A program made the translations under genes and the position numbers. Source: Moniliella sp. 'wahieum' (taxonomy: Eukaryota). From it: a stretch of DNA of 20,000 nt. The stretch is from contig RSEE01000114.1 in NCBI GenBank assembly GCA_003971905.1, positions 174,027 to 194,026 of the forward strand, read 5' to 3'. This document shows, piece by piece, positions 1 through 9,139 of this stretch. Position 1 is the first letter of the stretch, and each line of letters starts with the position of its first letter. The notes under the pieces are model-generated. The model saw only the letters and a program-made list of their open reading frames with translations, was not told the DNA's origin and made no database searches.

Positions 1-365
1 GGACGCCGTATGTGACGCAGGACCCTCTTCTGAATCGGCTTCAGTGGGCATGACGAGGACAGAACCGACTAAGATGCGTTGTCTTGCCGCACACATAGCA
101 AAACTGCTGAGATTTACTGCTGGGCGCCTTCCCCGACGATTTGGCTGGGACAGCCAACATCTGCGAAAGAGGGATGAGTGGGCTTCACAACCTATTTTCC
201 AGCTAACTGGGGATGGAGGTGGTAAAGCCATAGCATTCACTGCATAGCTCCCGCAAGAGCCATGCTCTCATCAGTCCAGGAATGGAGAAGAGATGAGAAC
301 ACTGTCGATGCATTTTTGCCACTGGTCGTATATCACCAGTGCAGCATGCAATTAATCCACACAAC
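1..365 (+). pseudogene. Relic R1: C-terminal fragment of a decayed Ulp1/C48-like protease paralog (partial)
   Basis: Nucleotide paralog of the region downstream of the catalytic Cys of relic R2 (FQLTGDGGGKAIAFTA* vs VQLTGVGGGKVLTITAY). At ~135-150 'gacgatttggctgg' reads D-D-[C]-G-W if one base is restored, matching D-C-[G]-W in R2. The assignment depends on R2. Confidence 0.35.
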
Positions 366-1192
366 TGCATAACTACGCACCCATTTCAGTGACACTATCA
401 TAACATCTTTCGATTTGTGGTGCTGCTGATCTCGCAGTAATCCTTGATCCTCTCGCCATATCATAATCTCCGGGAGTTCTTTGCATGTCAACGGCTTGTC
501 TGTCACAATCAGGGCTAAGGCGAGGGAGACCAGAATCGGGACGAAGACAAGGGGTGTAGCAAACGTTCGGGGGAAAGAAGTAAGAACAGAGGCCATCGCG
601 CGAAGTGGGAGACACAAGGAAACAGCGAGACACCTGAGACGAAGAAATCGAAAATGGGAGCGATATCAGCCAAACTATGACACCATCCATGACTTCCCGA
701 AGTCCTTGATGTCCTTTCCTTCCATCCATGATGTCGTCGGAGTTCTTGATATTTTTCCCATCTTGATGTTAATCTCCCAAATTAACTGTCTAGCATTCCT
801 TGAAATGCCTTGCATTTTCTTGGGCAGTCTGGATATCGCCGAACAACTCAATACCGTGGGTAAACCGTTCCCTTCTTCGACTTCAGCGGGATGGGTCCCG
901 GCCGGCGAAATCGTCGATGATCCTGTTATCACTAATGGGAGTGGGGTCTGTGGAGTTATATTAACTTCGCTTGGCTTGTCACTAGCATCCGTTCGGATAG
1001 GCCAACAGTATCCGGCCCATGAATAAATCCTGAAGGCGTTGTGCTGATCAATTGGGTGCTACATCGGTTACGGATGCCAATTGGCACTACAGCGACACTG
1101 TTTTTATTTCTTCTTCTCCCTTCATGAGAGTGCAGGTATGCAGTGATTGTTAGGACTTTACCACCTCCAACGCCAGTTAGCTGCACAATAGA
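191..1192. repeat. Diverged inverted repeat pair, arms ~191-365 (+) and ~1035-1192 (-)
   Basis: + 'ctattttccagctaactggggatggaggtggtaaagccatagcattcactgcatagct' aligns with the reverse complement 'ctattgtgcagctaactggcgttggaggtggtaaagtcctaacaatcactgcatacct'. Similarity continues with gaps ('ctctcat', 'aacactgtcgatg'/'aacagtgtcgctg', 'caattaatccacacaac'/'caattgatcagcacaac'). Confidence 0.85.
682..778 (-). repeat. Degenerate acidic repeat, copy C (GKNIKNSDDIM / GKDIKDFGEVM)
   Basis: Two imperfect ~40-nt units on the minus strand. With indels allowed, the translation fits the G-x-D-I-x-D-x-x-D-[VI] pattern of the 33-bp repeat at 7661-7804. Confidence 0.45.
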
Positions 1193-1600
1193 AGAAGTCG
1201 TCGTTCCCTATAGGAAAAAGCTCCCTAACACATGGACCCAGTCACAGTCCGGTCGGAATTCTAATTGATATTCAACGATCACTCTGAGTTGTGTTTGTAC
1301 AGATTAGACAATTTCATTCGTACCACGCAATTCTTACCTCATGCTACTTTTGTCCATTGGTGACACTGGGGAAAACCCTCACCTCTCGTTTGCCCCAGTT
1401 CCGCTTGAACGTCCCGAACCTCCTTTGCTGGTCCCTCTTTTTTTTGTCAGTGACATAGGGTATCTTTTCATATACATTCCCCCTGTTTGATTACCGAAAG
1501 TGCCCAATGGGGCATTGTTTTTGTGCAAGTACGTTGCTTTATGATCATTCTTGTGCCGTCATCTTTTTCTTCCGAGTCTTGTATCAACTACCATGATTGT
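682..1600 (-). pseudogene. Relic R2: decayed Ulp1/SENP-like (peptidase C48) protease gene
   Basis: Minus strand reads ...RMIIKQRTCTKTMP-HWALSVIKQGECI*KDTL (His 1509-1507, TGA 1470-1468, Asp 1464-1462), matching the Ulp1 HW...DSL catalytic His/Asp segment. After a frameshift comes Q(1267)...D-C-D-W-V-H-V-L (Cys 1246-1244), matching QxNxxDCG with G>D. Acidic repeat downstream. Confidence 0.6.
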
Positions 1601-1636
1601 TAAGACTCGGCTCCCCTTTTTCGAGATGCGCTTCAG

Positions 1637-2198
1637 GTTTACGTCGATATCTTCATCTACTCCACGTACAGCCGCCCCCCAACCGAGCGAATCAGAATCA
1701 AAGAGGGCAACAGAGAATATATGAGGTTGACAACACCGGGTCGTGCCTTACAACATGAATATGCACCTCTGCCCCACATCAACTTTGACACCTGACCTAG
1801 TATGGAAGATGCAATCAAGTACATCTACAATTACGTCTCCAACGGCCACTACGTCACCGGAGATAATCAGAGGAACAATCTAACCAATTCGAAGAGAACC
1901 GGGCGCATGAATTTGTTCGCTTCTTATACTCTGGGCAGTAGCGGGGGGTACGTCAACAACTTACTCGAGCGAGTACTACGCCTCTCAAAAGCGGAAGCGG
2001 GACGATGTTAAAGTCTTCCACGATGAAAAAAGAACCTCTCTTCTAATATCAGGGTTTCCTACGTTTACCGGCGGACCTCTCCTACAAGATCATACTGGAT
2101 TATTCAAGGTAGCAACGACTGCCGCATCTCCGGCCGTTACGTTTAACCCGGCTGTTTGTCCCTCTCCGAATGCGAATAACAGGAGCTGCTTGTTCTGA
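1637..2198 (+). pseudogene. Relic R3: decayed Ulp1/C48-like protease gene
   Basis: One frame with a single stop gives DIFIYSTY (1646-1669), KYIYNYVSNGHYVT (His 1847-1849) and FASYTLG (1925, at the DSL position), then the helix VNNLLERVLRL. After frameshifts, QGSNDCRI (2105-2128, Cys 2120-2122) matches xxNDCG with G>R. Motif order is canonical. Confidence 0.5.
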
Positions 2199-2499
2199 CA
2201 TCTATTGAAGTGATAAAGGGTGTAATGAGCATATCGCATAAGTGTCGAATGTCAGCTGTGAGCTGTTCCAGTCACCAGTTCACCCCAATGCAATGAATCC
2301 ATCCACTTCCAGGGGAATCAAGGGTAACCGGGTTACAAATCGTTATTCGTTGGTCAGCACTGGATTCTTATAGTGCAGACAGCAAGTCTTTATACACACA
2401 CGTTCTGACTCGGGAACAAGTCATAGCGCAAACATACGAACTGTGCCCTGGGGCTTATGTGCAAGTACTTAACACCCTTCTTCTGAGGACCAAAGGCGT

Positions 2500-3610
2500 A
2501 CGATAGGGTCCAAATATACACGATGAAGGCAGTCACTGCAGCCAGGAAAATTGGCAACGGGGGCCGAACTTGAGATGATTGCCGATGCTGTTTGGGAATA
2601 ATGCCAACAGCTCACTATTTCAAATGATATGTATCCCATTGTTCGCGGGTCGGCATAGCGACTCTCACGGCATAAGTATAGTGCTTTTACGGCTTCGCGC
2701 ATTGTGATGTGGGCTGCAGCTTATCCTCACTCAGACTAATGGAAACTGTTCCCTGTTAATTTGAGGGGAATGCCACCTTGGTCAAGGAAATTATTTGTGC
2801 CCCGACATTGAGCTCGGCTTGCACAAGAATCGTTGCTCGTTTCTGATAACGTACTGGCGAATGGCACACGGGAAATTCACTAAGGAGATTATTGCATTGT
2901 TGTTGAAGCTCGTCAAGCCTCGTCAGGTTGTTCGAAGGGAAATTGTATTCGGCTTGCAACAAAGTAGGAAAATGACTTCCGCCTCGCCTCAATCCAAGGT
3001 TGATCCTGGGGATGGTAAATATGAGCATTGCTTGAAGAGGTGCTGTGCTGTTCGTAAGAGTAAAATTAATATCCACCTATGATGTGATTGATGCCTGGCA
3101 TTTTTTGTTGCTTTGCTTCAATCTCTAGCGGTTATTAATGCTAGAGTGCCACTTGAACGTGCTAGGCAATTCAATGGATCAGCTGAAAAGTTACTTGCAG
3201 ACATGAGCCTCAAGTCTTCCTAACACAGGGGGAAGGGAAAAGATGAGTATACATATATTGAGCGAGCTCGGTGTGTGCCGCATGCCAGCGAACTAACCAC
3301 CTGATTAGGCGAGCGTCACCGAAGAACTTGAGGGGTTGCAGGTCCGCCATACTGTCACTGGCTTGTCGGCACATGTCAAAGGGTTGGTGTTTGTTGCAGT
3401 CCTCCGGCTCCTAAGGTAAATCTGATTCATCCCCGTTCCATCATGCACAGCGGATTTCAAAAAGAGGTAAAAGATATCAGCGATGTCCGGGAGCTGACAT
3501 CGGCGACGTGTTTGCATGGTTTTGAGGAAAATGATGTCAGCGACGTCGCAAAAGAGGTCGTTGATGTCAATGATGTGCAGCGCGGGGGGCCAACTGCCGG
3601 ATACATGTGA
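2500..3610 (+). pseudogene. Relic R4: decayed Ulp1/C48-like protease gene with C-terminal acidic repeat
   Basis: LQPG..W.N (2536-2558, like LxPxxWLND), RIVMW, LFPVNL..H/W (2746-2781), LITYW (2843-2857), helix EIIALLLKLV, then D-V-I-D-x-G-I-F-C-C-F-A across a 1-nt indel (3081-3117, like NxxDCGVFxCxFA). Many stops and indels. Confidence 0.5.
3461..3604 (+). repeat. Degenerate acidic repeat, copy A (KEVKDISDV.GADIGDV...NDVSDVAKEVVDVNDVQR..PTAGY)
   Basis: Shares an exact 15-mer TGACATCGGCGACGT (3495-3509) with copy B (7777-7791). Also shares the DISDVxGxDIGDV peptide and the downstream QR...PTA[G/N]Y. Confidence 0.7.
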
Positions 3611-3749
3611 AACTTTGCATCGTTTCAAAATCCCACCCGGCCACACCGTTTAGTGTCTTTTCTGCTAGCAAATGCTACCAGAACCACCTAGTCAACACGC
3701 GTCCTTCCTATACGCGCTCACGGTAGCTGGCCAAGGGCAGGGAATCGAT

Positions 3750-5490
3750 TTGGCGTCGCTCGGAAGGGTGTGCTCTACGGGGACATGCGTATTCAGATTA
3801 GCCAGGGGAACATCGGCAATTGGTGTGGCCAAGGTCTACTAGTCGTCAGGTAAATGGAACCTCATTTCATGTGGTTCAAAAGGCAGGCCATGCGGGACAC
3901 CATTGTGCCCACTGTTAGGGGTTTGGCTCATCAGGCACCCATCCTGCGCCTAGTTCTGCTTGGGCGCCGGGAACGCAGGGACGACTGGTGCAGCCCCGCT
4001 GAAGATAGGCTTTTGTTGGTCCTTCACATTGCTTTGACCCCGCAAACGAAAGTCATGAAAAGTCTGTTGGCTTCTCCGAGCAAACCACGCGGTTTTGCGT
4101 GTGCGATTTGTCCCAATGTCCGGAAGATTGTTGTTGGAAGTCTCCGCTCATCAGCTGACCGTCTGGCAAATAATAAAGGCGATGTGCAGAGCCACGTCGC
4201 GTCGCGTCAGAGGCCCAGGGAAGAACTGATGCCCAGTAGCTCCCGCGATAACGGCTAGAGATAAAGGTGACCGTGCCAACATACGCGCTTGTATAGTTAG
4301 AGCACAGGCGTCTCGCTTGGCAACACATCGCGAGCCGGATGGTGAAGTGGGATTCGCGTTAATCCATCCACCCCCAGCTTGCGAGTGGAAGTCATCTGGG
4401 ACATCACGCATAGTCAACGTGGGAACGGTGAAAATATATTATTTTCCCACTCCAGCGTGGAATGGTTCCAGCGTGGAACGGTGGCTAAGGTGGCGACGCA
4501 GCAATAGTTAATCTCATCATTGGCGGGACCAGTTCGGCGAGCTCTCGCCGCATACTTTTTGGTAACCACAACTGGGATGATGTTGATGACGGCAATGAAC
4601 GGGTTCGTAAAGGGCGCGAACATATTGCTAGCAATCGAGCCGCGTGGTGACGTATTATTGTTTCCGACAGATCCTCAATACAGAGCCGGAGACTACAAAG
4701 GAATGCATCTTCAGGTACCAGACTTGTGTGCGCGCCGAGTTGATCGCCGCTCTGGTTTGGATCCGGACTGAGGATCCGCTGTCGCTTCGGGTTCGGTAGG
4801 CGGGCCAGCCGACTGTGGGCAACGTACGTTTCAGCCTTGTCCTCCATCCACAAACATCTTCCACATCGCCATTTTGCGTGGGAGACCCAGGGGCAATCCA
4901 GAGAGGGGCTGAAGGTGCAATTCAGGGGAGGCCACGTCTGGTATATTAATGTCATATGTGGTCCGGTAGAGATGGTGGCCAGCGCTCGCCGGTTGGAACC
5001 AGCTGAGATCGTACTTGCGCGCCGGAGCGCATGGTGCACGAATGATGCCTGCTGCAGTGTCCGGTGTTGCAGCTGGGTTATTGGACGCGACCCGGTGTGC
5101 CCGGTGTGATCTTGGTGACGTCGGGCGTCCCTGTGTCGAAAAGACGAGTACGGGTATCGACGGCATCCGGTGCATATCCAATGGCTGGCAGTGCTGGGCA
5201 TTCTTGCAGCCGAAAAGAGTTGAAGCAAGAGTTGGAGGAGCTAGGGCTCCAGTCTCCAGTACCTCGGTGTCGATACATTGCCGGTGTACCAACGGCGAAC
5301 GTTTGAATGTGCGACTCAACTTTCACTGTTGGCCTGGCTGCTTCGATCTGTCCAGGACACTACGTAGCCTTATTCGCTCACCATCGAGCGACAGTTGCCT
5401 ACTGCCGGTCACGGGTGAAGACGAGCTGGCAAGCCTGACGGAGCCTATGTGCGCCTGTCGCCTTCCTATTCCCATCCCCAGGGTGGTCAT
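3750..5490 (-). pseudogene. Relic R5: decayed Ulp1/C48-like protease gene with long N-terminal extension
   Basis: ATG at 5490 opens a frame with one internal stop to 4831. Then, across frameshifts: MRRELAELVP + ANDEINYC (4521-4507, like WLNDEIINxY), VTFISSRYRGSYWASVL (4238-4233, HW with CAC>TAC), RLYYL (4178-4167), PKQN*AQDGCL (3964-3932, Q+5=D spacing of QxNxxDCG) and LPFEPHEMRF. Confidence 0.6.
4451..4482. repeat. 16-bp tandem duplication TCCAGCGTGGAA(T/C)GGT x2
   Basis: Units 4451-4466 and 4467-4482 differ by one base. Lies inside relic R5 and would shift its frame. Confidence 0.9.
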
Positions 5491-6509
5491 GGGGTCAGAT
5501 TCAATCTGGAAACGATAGTCGCCCCGTGCCCTTATTTTAGCTTAGGTTGCCCGTACCCAAAACCGCCCTCCCTGTTTTCCGCAGTCCCCCGTTCTTCCTC
5601 TATGCTACACAGCCTTACCACACTGGCAGCTGCCTCTGCTATACGCCGAGAAGTCTTTCTTTGTCCCTAGCCCCGCTCGGACCCATCAATCAGCCCAAGT
5701 GCGTAACCACCGTGAGAGCTAGTCGACCTTAGGATCTCCAATGGATTGTACACCTTAGGCCGCAAAGCTTAATCCCCCCAGTGGGCGGCCCCCCTGGCAG
5801 CGCCCGCGCGTACACTGCCTGGTGCAGAGAATGTTGGGCGCAGCCTGTTCCCTGCAGCAACAGCACATCAGTGCTTCTTCAGTTAGGCCTCGGGCTAGCC
5901 AAATCCGGCCAGGGGCAAAAGACTTTTGCCTAGTAGTGCATTGTATGGAGCCCCCCACATGTGAGTGGCGCAATCTGCTCTACCCCCACACTGCAACCCA
6001 CACTTGACACGAGCCATCCAGGCCCCCTGGACCTGCCTCCTTCCACACACACCCCACCACCATCCCACGCCGCCGTTCCATCAGAGTAAGTGCAACAGCC
6101 GACCCAGGCAATGCTCGTGCGAGCCCCTCTCGCGGACCCAGCAATATCGCCAGTCCACAGCTCACACCCTCACCGTCAACAATAAACTAGGTCGTCAGGC
6201 AGCCGAAATGGATGAGCTGTACGTGGACGAGCCTCCCCCCCGCCAATCTGGCCTCGCCCCCCCACCCGCATTCGGACGATCCCTGAAATAGCGGCATGTC
6301 ACGGTGCAGGCGCGCAGGCAAATGACCCAGAAAAGATGTCGATCAAGATACCACAAGCGACGCACAAGGTCACGCCAGTGCCACTGGGTAAGAATTGTAA
6401 CTCTTTAGCATGTTGGCCAGACAGCACGTTTTACTGATAGTGGTCAAGAGTCTACCGCCCTCGGGCCCTCCCCACTAGATCCACCTTCAAGAGGGCCATA
6501 GCCAACATC

Positions 6510-6778
6510 ATCCAGAGGCGGGCAACACTCAGCACAAGTTATTTGAATGATGAGGTGCGTTGAGCCAAACCGCTAAACCAACTACTAACAAATAACACAT
6601 CGTTCAGATCCGGAGAGCCTGCACCGCTTCCGCGCAGGCTAAACGATCCAGAGGCTGGTAACGCTCAGCAAAAGCTATTTGAATGAGGTGCGTTACCAAA
6701 CCCCTAAACCATCTACTAACAAATAACACAGCGTCCAGGTGCCAGAGAGCATGCACCGTATCGATCGAGGCAACGGAA
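6510..6778 (+). repeat. ~136-bp tandem duplication of an exon-intron-exon unit
   Basis: Units start ATCCAGAGG at 6510 and 6646. Each encodes IQRxxTLSxSYLN(D)E and is followed by a near-identical 51-53-nt intron GTGCGTT...CTACTAACAAATAACACA...CAG. Confidence 0.9.
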
Positions 6779-7660
6779 GGCGCACAACTGCAGCCTTTCA
6801 GGCTGATTTCGTGCGCCATAAGTTTCCATTCTACTTTCTCGGCCTCTCACCAAGAGCTCACTGCCGCCAAGCTGGTACGTACTGGCCCCGCCTCTTCACG
6901 CGTTGCTCTCCTCGCAATATGGCCACAATAACTTATACTTCACCCGTTCTCATCAGCGCTTCTGTTGCTACGCACCGAACGGCATTGACTTCCAGAGGGA
7001 AATGGGACGTGTCTTACACATCACAGCTTCCCTGACCCATCTGCCCTGTGCACAGTCTTGCTCAACCGGAGTCTGAACAGCAGCAACCGCTGCAGTGGCA
7101 TTTTTAGTGCCATCGCTGTCTCTTTGTCCGATCATAAGTACGTCCCCACCCCGTTGTCGTCCAGCAAGTCATCTGACTTTTTTTACTCATCGCTCCGCAA
7201 GCTATCTACTGGGCTGGACGAGTGCATGGGAGAATTTCGAGGCCATTGCGGACACGCATCTTCCGCAAGGTTACCCTGAAAATTGCATCGCCTGGCGTGC
7301 GACCCGTGTACAATTCACCCACCACCGTCACATCGCAGTAACCCGGGCATAAATAACAGACGAGGAGGATGCACGGGACATCAAAGGCACTGCAGTCAAT
7401 CTCTTTGGCACAGAGGGCACAGATGGCGAGGACGACGACCGCACAGACGACTCTGAGACTGAAGAGTGATTTGGCGGCTATACATTCCAAAGACCTCTCA
7501 ATGGCAAGCCCCCAAGTCCACATTGACCCATCGCAATGCAAAAAAGTACCCTCGAAGACGATTGCACTGCATTCGATGGTGCTAGAATAAGTAGTAGTAT
7601 AAAATGCATAGGAGGATCAGATTGGTCAGATACGTCGCCCATGTGCACGTCAATGACGTT

Positions 7661-7804
7661 TCTGACGTTCAAGGGGGTGACGTCGGCGACATATCTGACG
7701 TTCAAGGGGATGACATCGAGGACATAACTGACCTGCAGGGGGATGACATCGAGGACATATCTGACGTTCAGGGTGGTGACATCGGCGACGTCACTGACCT
7801 GCAG
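7661..7804 (+). repeat. 33-bp tandem repeat (~4.4 units) encoding [ST]D[VL]QG[GD]D[IV][GE]D[IV], copy B
   Basis: Units begin at 7661, 7694, 7727, 7760 and 7793. Open in frame on both strands. Confidence 0.92.
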
Positions 7805-7963
7805 CGAGCTGACAGAATTGTCTCACCCACGGCAAATTACTCCTCTGACATCCCTAAGGTCACGTCCATTTCATTGGCAGACTTAAGAAGGCTGGGACAG
7901 GGGGAACGCTACGTCTAAACCTAACCGTTCATCTTGCGGGGTTACTTAGGGGCGCCACCAGGG

Positions 7964-9137
7964 TCAAGGAACCAGGGGGATCGCCAGGATATCAGGACCC
8001 TCCGGCTCACGCCATCCGGTCCCGTACCCTAATAGGAAGCGCGTATGGACACGGAAGAACGTGGTTGACATCCGAGCGAGAAACCATTTCCACTGAGACT
8101 TAGTAGCCAACTCCTTCCAATGCGCAAACAACTTGCTCGCCGTCTTGGTGCCGTAGTATCCTCGCGTCGTCAAAACCAGGGGGAAAAACCGCTCTTGAGT
8201 GCGTCCCTGGTACTTGGCGTTCTTGTCGCATTCTGCTTGTTCAAGCAGCCGAAGCAGTTCCTTCTCCCAGCGTTCCAAAGGCGACGCAGTGCTCTCATGC
8301 ACCACCCGTCGGTACGCGCTCTGCGCCTCCAGCGATCCCGTGTCACGCAGCGTGTGGTCTACCTCCATTCCTGATCCTCCGAGTGCTCCGGGCCCCATCA
8401 CGCGGTAATCGGTGCGCTGTGCCTTCCGTCCGCGCCTCGTCCCATCCTCCTCCTCCACCCTAGGTTCGTTGTGGACGTGGGTGTCGGGGATGGAGCGTAG
8501 GAGCTGGAGGATGGGCTCCCGCACTGCCTCATGCAACGCACCAAACTTGGCCTGGGAGCGTGTGCAGGACATGATGTGTTCCAGCGAGGACATGACGCCG
8601 CACTTGCACATGCTGCGCGTGGTGCGGCACAGCGTGCGGAGCTGGAGACCAACCTGGACCTGCTGGTCAGAGAGCTTGAGGTACGGGACGGACGGAATGG
8701 CGGAGAGCCAGTTGTGGCTCAGCGGGTTGCTGTGCTCAACCACATGACGACCATCGGCAGCGTCCAGCTTCTGGAGCAGCTCCTGTCGACTTTTCTCCCA
8801 CATCTCGCGGCAGCGCTGGCGTTGCTTCGTAAATGCGTTGGCCTCTGCTGTTTGCGGTCCCGAACGGTCAACATAAGTGGTAATAAGATAGTCGTTGACC
8901 TCGTTGGCCGCGGCACGGGCGTGGGGCGCGATATACGAGTAAAGCGGGCTGCCGCATCCTCCTAGCCGGAGAGGCAGGCTCATGAGCATGTCGAAGTGGC
9001 CGTCCTTGGCACCTTGGGGGTCCTCGTCGCCCCGGATCCGTCGGAACTCCGTACAGATGAAGGCATCGATCTCGGCCAGCACTTCGTCTAGCTCTCCTTC
9101 CATCTGCATGGTGCGGAGCAGGTGGCGCAGCTTGGTC
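7964..9137 (-). mobile_element. 5'-truncated non-LTR retrotransposon, CRE-like clade (Cnl1/MoTeR-type): RT thumb, CCHC zinc knuckle and restriction-like endonuclease
   Basis: The frame extends upstream of the listed Met as KLRHLLRT. It contains LPLRLGGCG, WLSAIP, LSDQQVQVGLQLR, CKC...HIMSC (CCHC), LHEAVR, NEP, RTD, EVDHT, KNAKY and FFPLVLTTRG, the RLE-retroelement signature in order. The RT catalytic core is absent. No poly(A) tail or clear TSD seen. Confidence 0.85.
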
Positions 9138-9139
9138 TT

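Larger units (their letters stand above)
6208..7918 (+). pseudogene. Relic R6: multi-intron decayed Ulp1/C48-like protease gene with C-terminal acidic repeat
   Basis: Probable introns 6388-6448, 6555-6607, 6688-6738, 6875-6956 and 7138-7201 (GTAAGA/GTGCGT/GTACGT donors; CTAAC or CTGAY branch in most). Exons give SYLNDE| (6537-6554), SFHSTFS, KL|RF...NGIDF, ICPVH (7039-7053), WHF+SAIAVSLSDH (7096-7136) and |IYWA. Premature stops (e.g. 6289) and frameshifts. Catalytic Cys not confirmed (DEEDAR at ~7358). Confidence 0.55.

Noticed and set aside
200..232. QLTGxGGGK in both inverted-repeat arms as a Walker A / helicase motif I
   Set aside because: Lys is followed by Ala or Val rather than Ser/Thr, no Walker B was found, and the segment lies downstream of a C48-like Cys motif.
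4070..4100. KTAWFARR as a homeodomain WFxNRR (mating-type HD gene)
   Set aside because: Lacks the invariant Asn and the preceding helices; lies within relic R5.
4440..4490. VPRWNHST resembling the hAT transposase TRWNS motif
   Set aside because: Produced by the 16-bp tandem duplication. No other hAT motifs nearby, and the flanks fit a C48 relic.
7914..7952. CTAAACCTAACC and TTAGGGG near the retroelement 3' end as telomeric target repeats
   Set aside because: Only one or two imperfect units in conflicting orientations; compatible with chance or with host coding remnants.
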